Made by a program: the position numbers and the translations under genes. A DNA stretch of 64,000 bases from Octopus sinensis (taxonomy: Eukaryota). The notes below the pieces were generated by a model that did not search any database, had not been told where the DNA came from, and was given only the letters and a program-made list of their open reading frames with translations. The stretch is from the NCBI RefSeq assembly GCF_006345805.1, contig NC_043007.1, positions 63,798,001-63,862,000 of the forward strand, read 5' to 3'. Positions 63,451-64,000 of this stretch are shown in pieces (the stretch's first letter is position 1; every line of letters begins with the position of its first letter).

Positions 63451-64000
63451 CAAATGTATGATCAAAAATGCTTCTCATCTATGATGGACTCATGTTGTTG
63501 TTTTTTTAGGCATAGTATACTTAGGATGACATTATTTAAGATAGTGTGTGATTTGACAAAAATTAAGCTGCTCTTAATTTTTGACAGACTGACCATATGG
63601 AAGCTCTTTCGTTGGCTCGTGCTTTTTCTGGAGTGTAGTAGATGTGTCTGTGTTTGGGAGTGATTGAATATGTAGTGAAAAGGATTAGAAAGTTGAAACT
63701 TTCCTATATATTGAATCGTGTTCCTTGCATATCGTGTTATTTTTTCATTTAAAGTATTTTTATTTCATTGTGTAGATGGTGTGTGCATATGCAGCATTGA
63801 TGAGGCAAAATGTAATATTTTGTGTTCATTGTTATTCTTTGCGGAATATAATTTGATGAGGAGTTTTATTTTGAATAATTTTTAGAACCAATGGTGGTCT
63901 CGGACAAGTTAGTAACAAAAGGGTTAATGATGGTAGTCGTGTTTATTTTTTACATATTGTAATAAAAGAAATCTGTGTTTTATGTGTAAGAAATGTTTAT

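Noticed and set aside
62780-64000. Search for XRCC3 exon 2
   Set aside because: Candidate acceptors lead to early stops or no similarity; the exon is presumably beyond the window.

Overview
AT-rich, repeat-dense eukaryotic DNA. The SINE, RTE and microsatellite content suggests an octopod cephalopod, which is an inference. Most of the window is one minus-strand gene, RAB3GAP2 (Rab3 GTPase-activating protein non-catalytic subunit). I reconstructed 29 GT-AG coding exons by hand, from ATG 59248 down to 3132. They give 3378 nt (1126 codons) with consistent splice phases; the remaining 3' exons lie left of position 1. About 580 bp away on the plus strand is a head-to-head exon, MEKLDLHPRIMLALKK|gtaagt, which matches the first coding exon of XRCC3. 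The introns hold tRNA-derived SINEs, RTE LINE fragments, a Ty3/gypsy remnant, a full-length dead mariner, a hAT remnant, piggyBac MITEs, a non-autonomous Helitron, Ginger-, Merlin- and pogo-like MITEs, and several long hairpins. The most unusual object is at 9440-9814: a tRNA-like Pol III head followed by a minimal type I hammerhead ribozyme motif, with an inverted second hammerhead copy upstream, as seen in Penelope-like elements. Almost all ORFs in the supplied track are noise, repeat fragments or partial exons. No searches or folding programs were run; family assignments come from recalled motifs.
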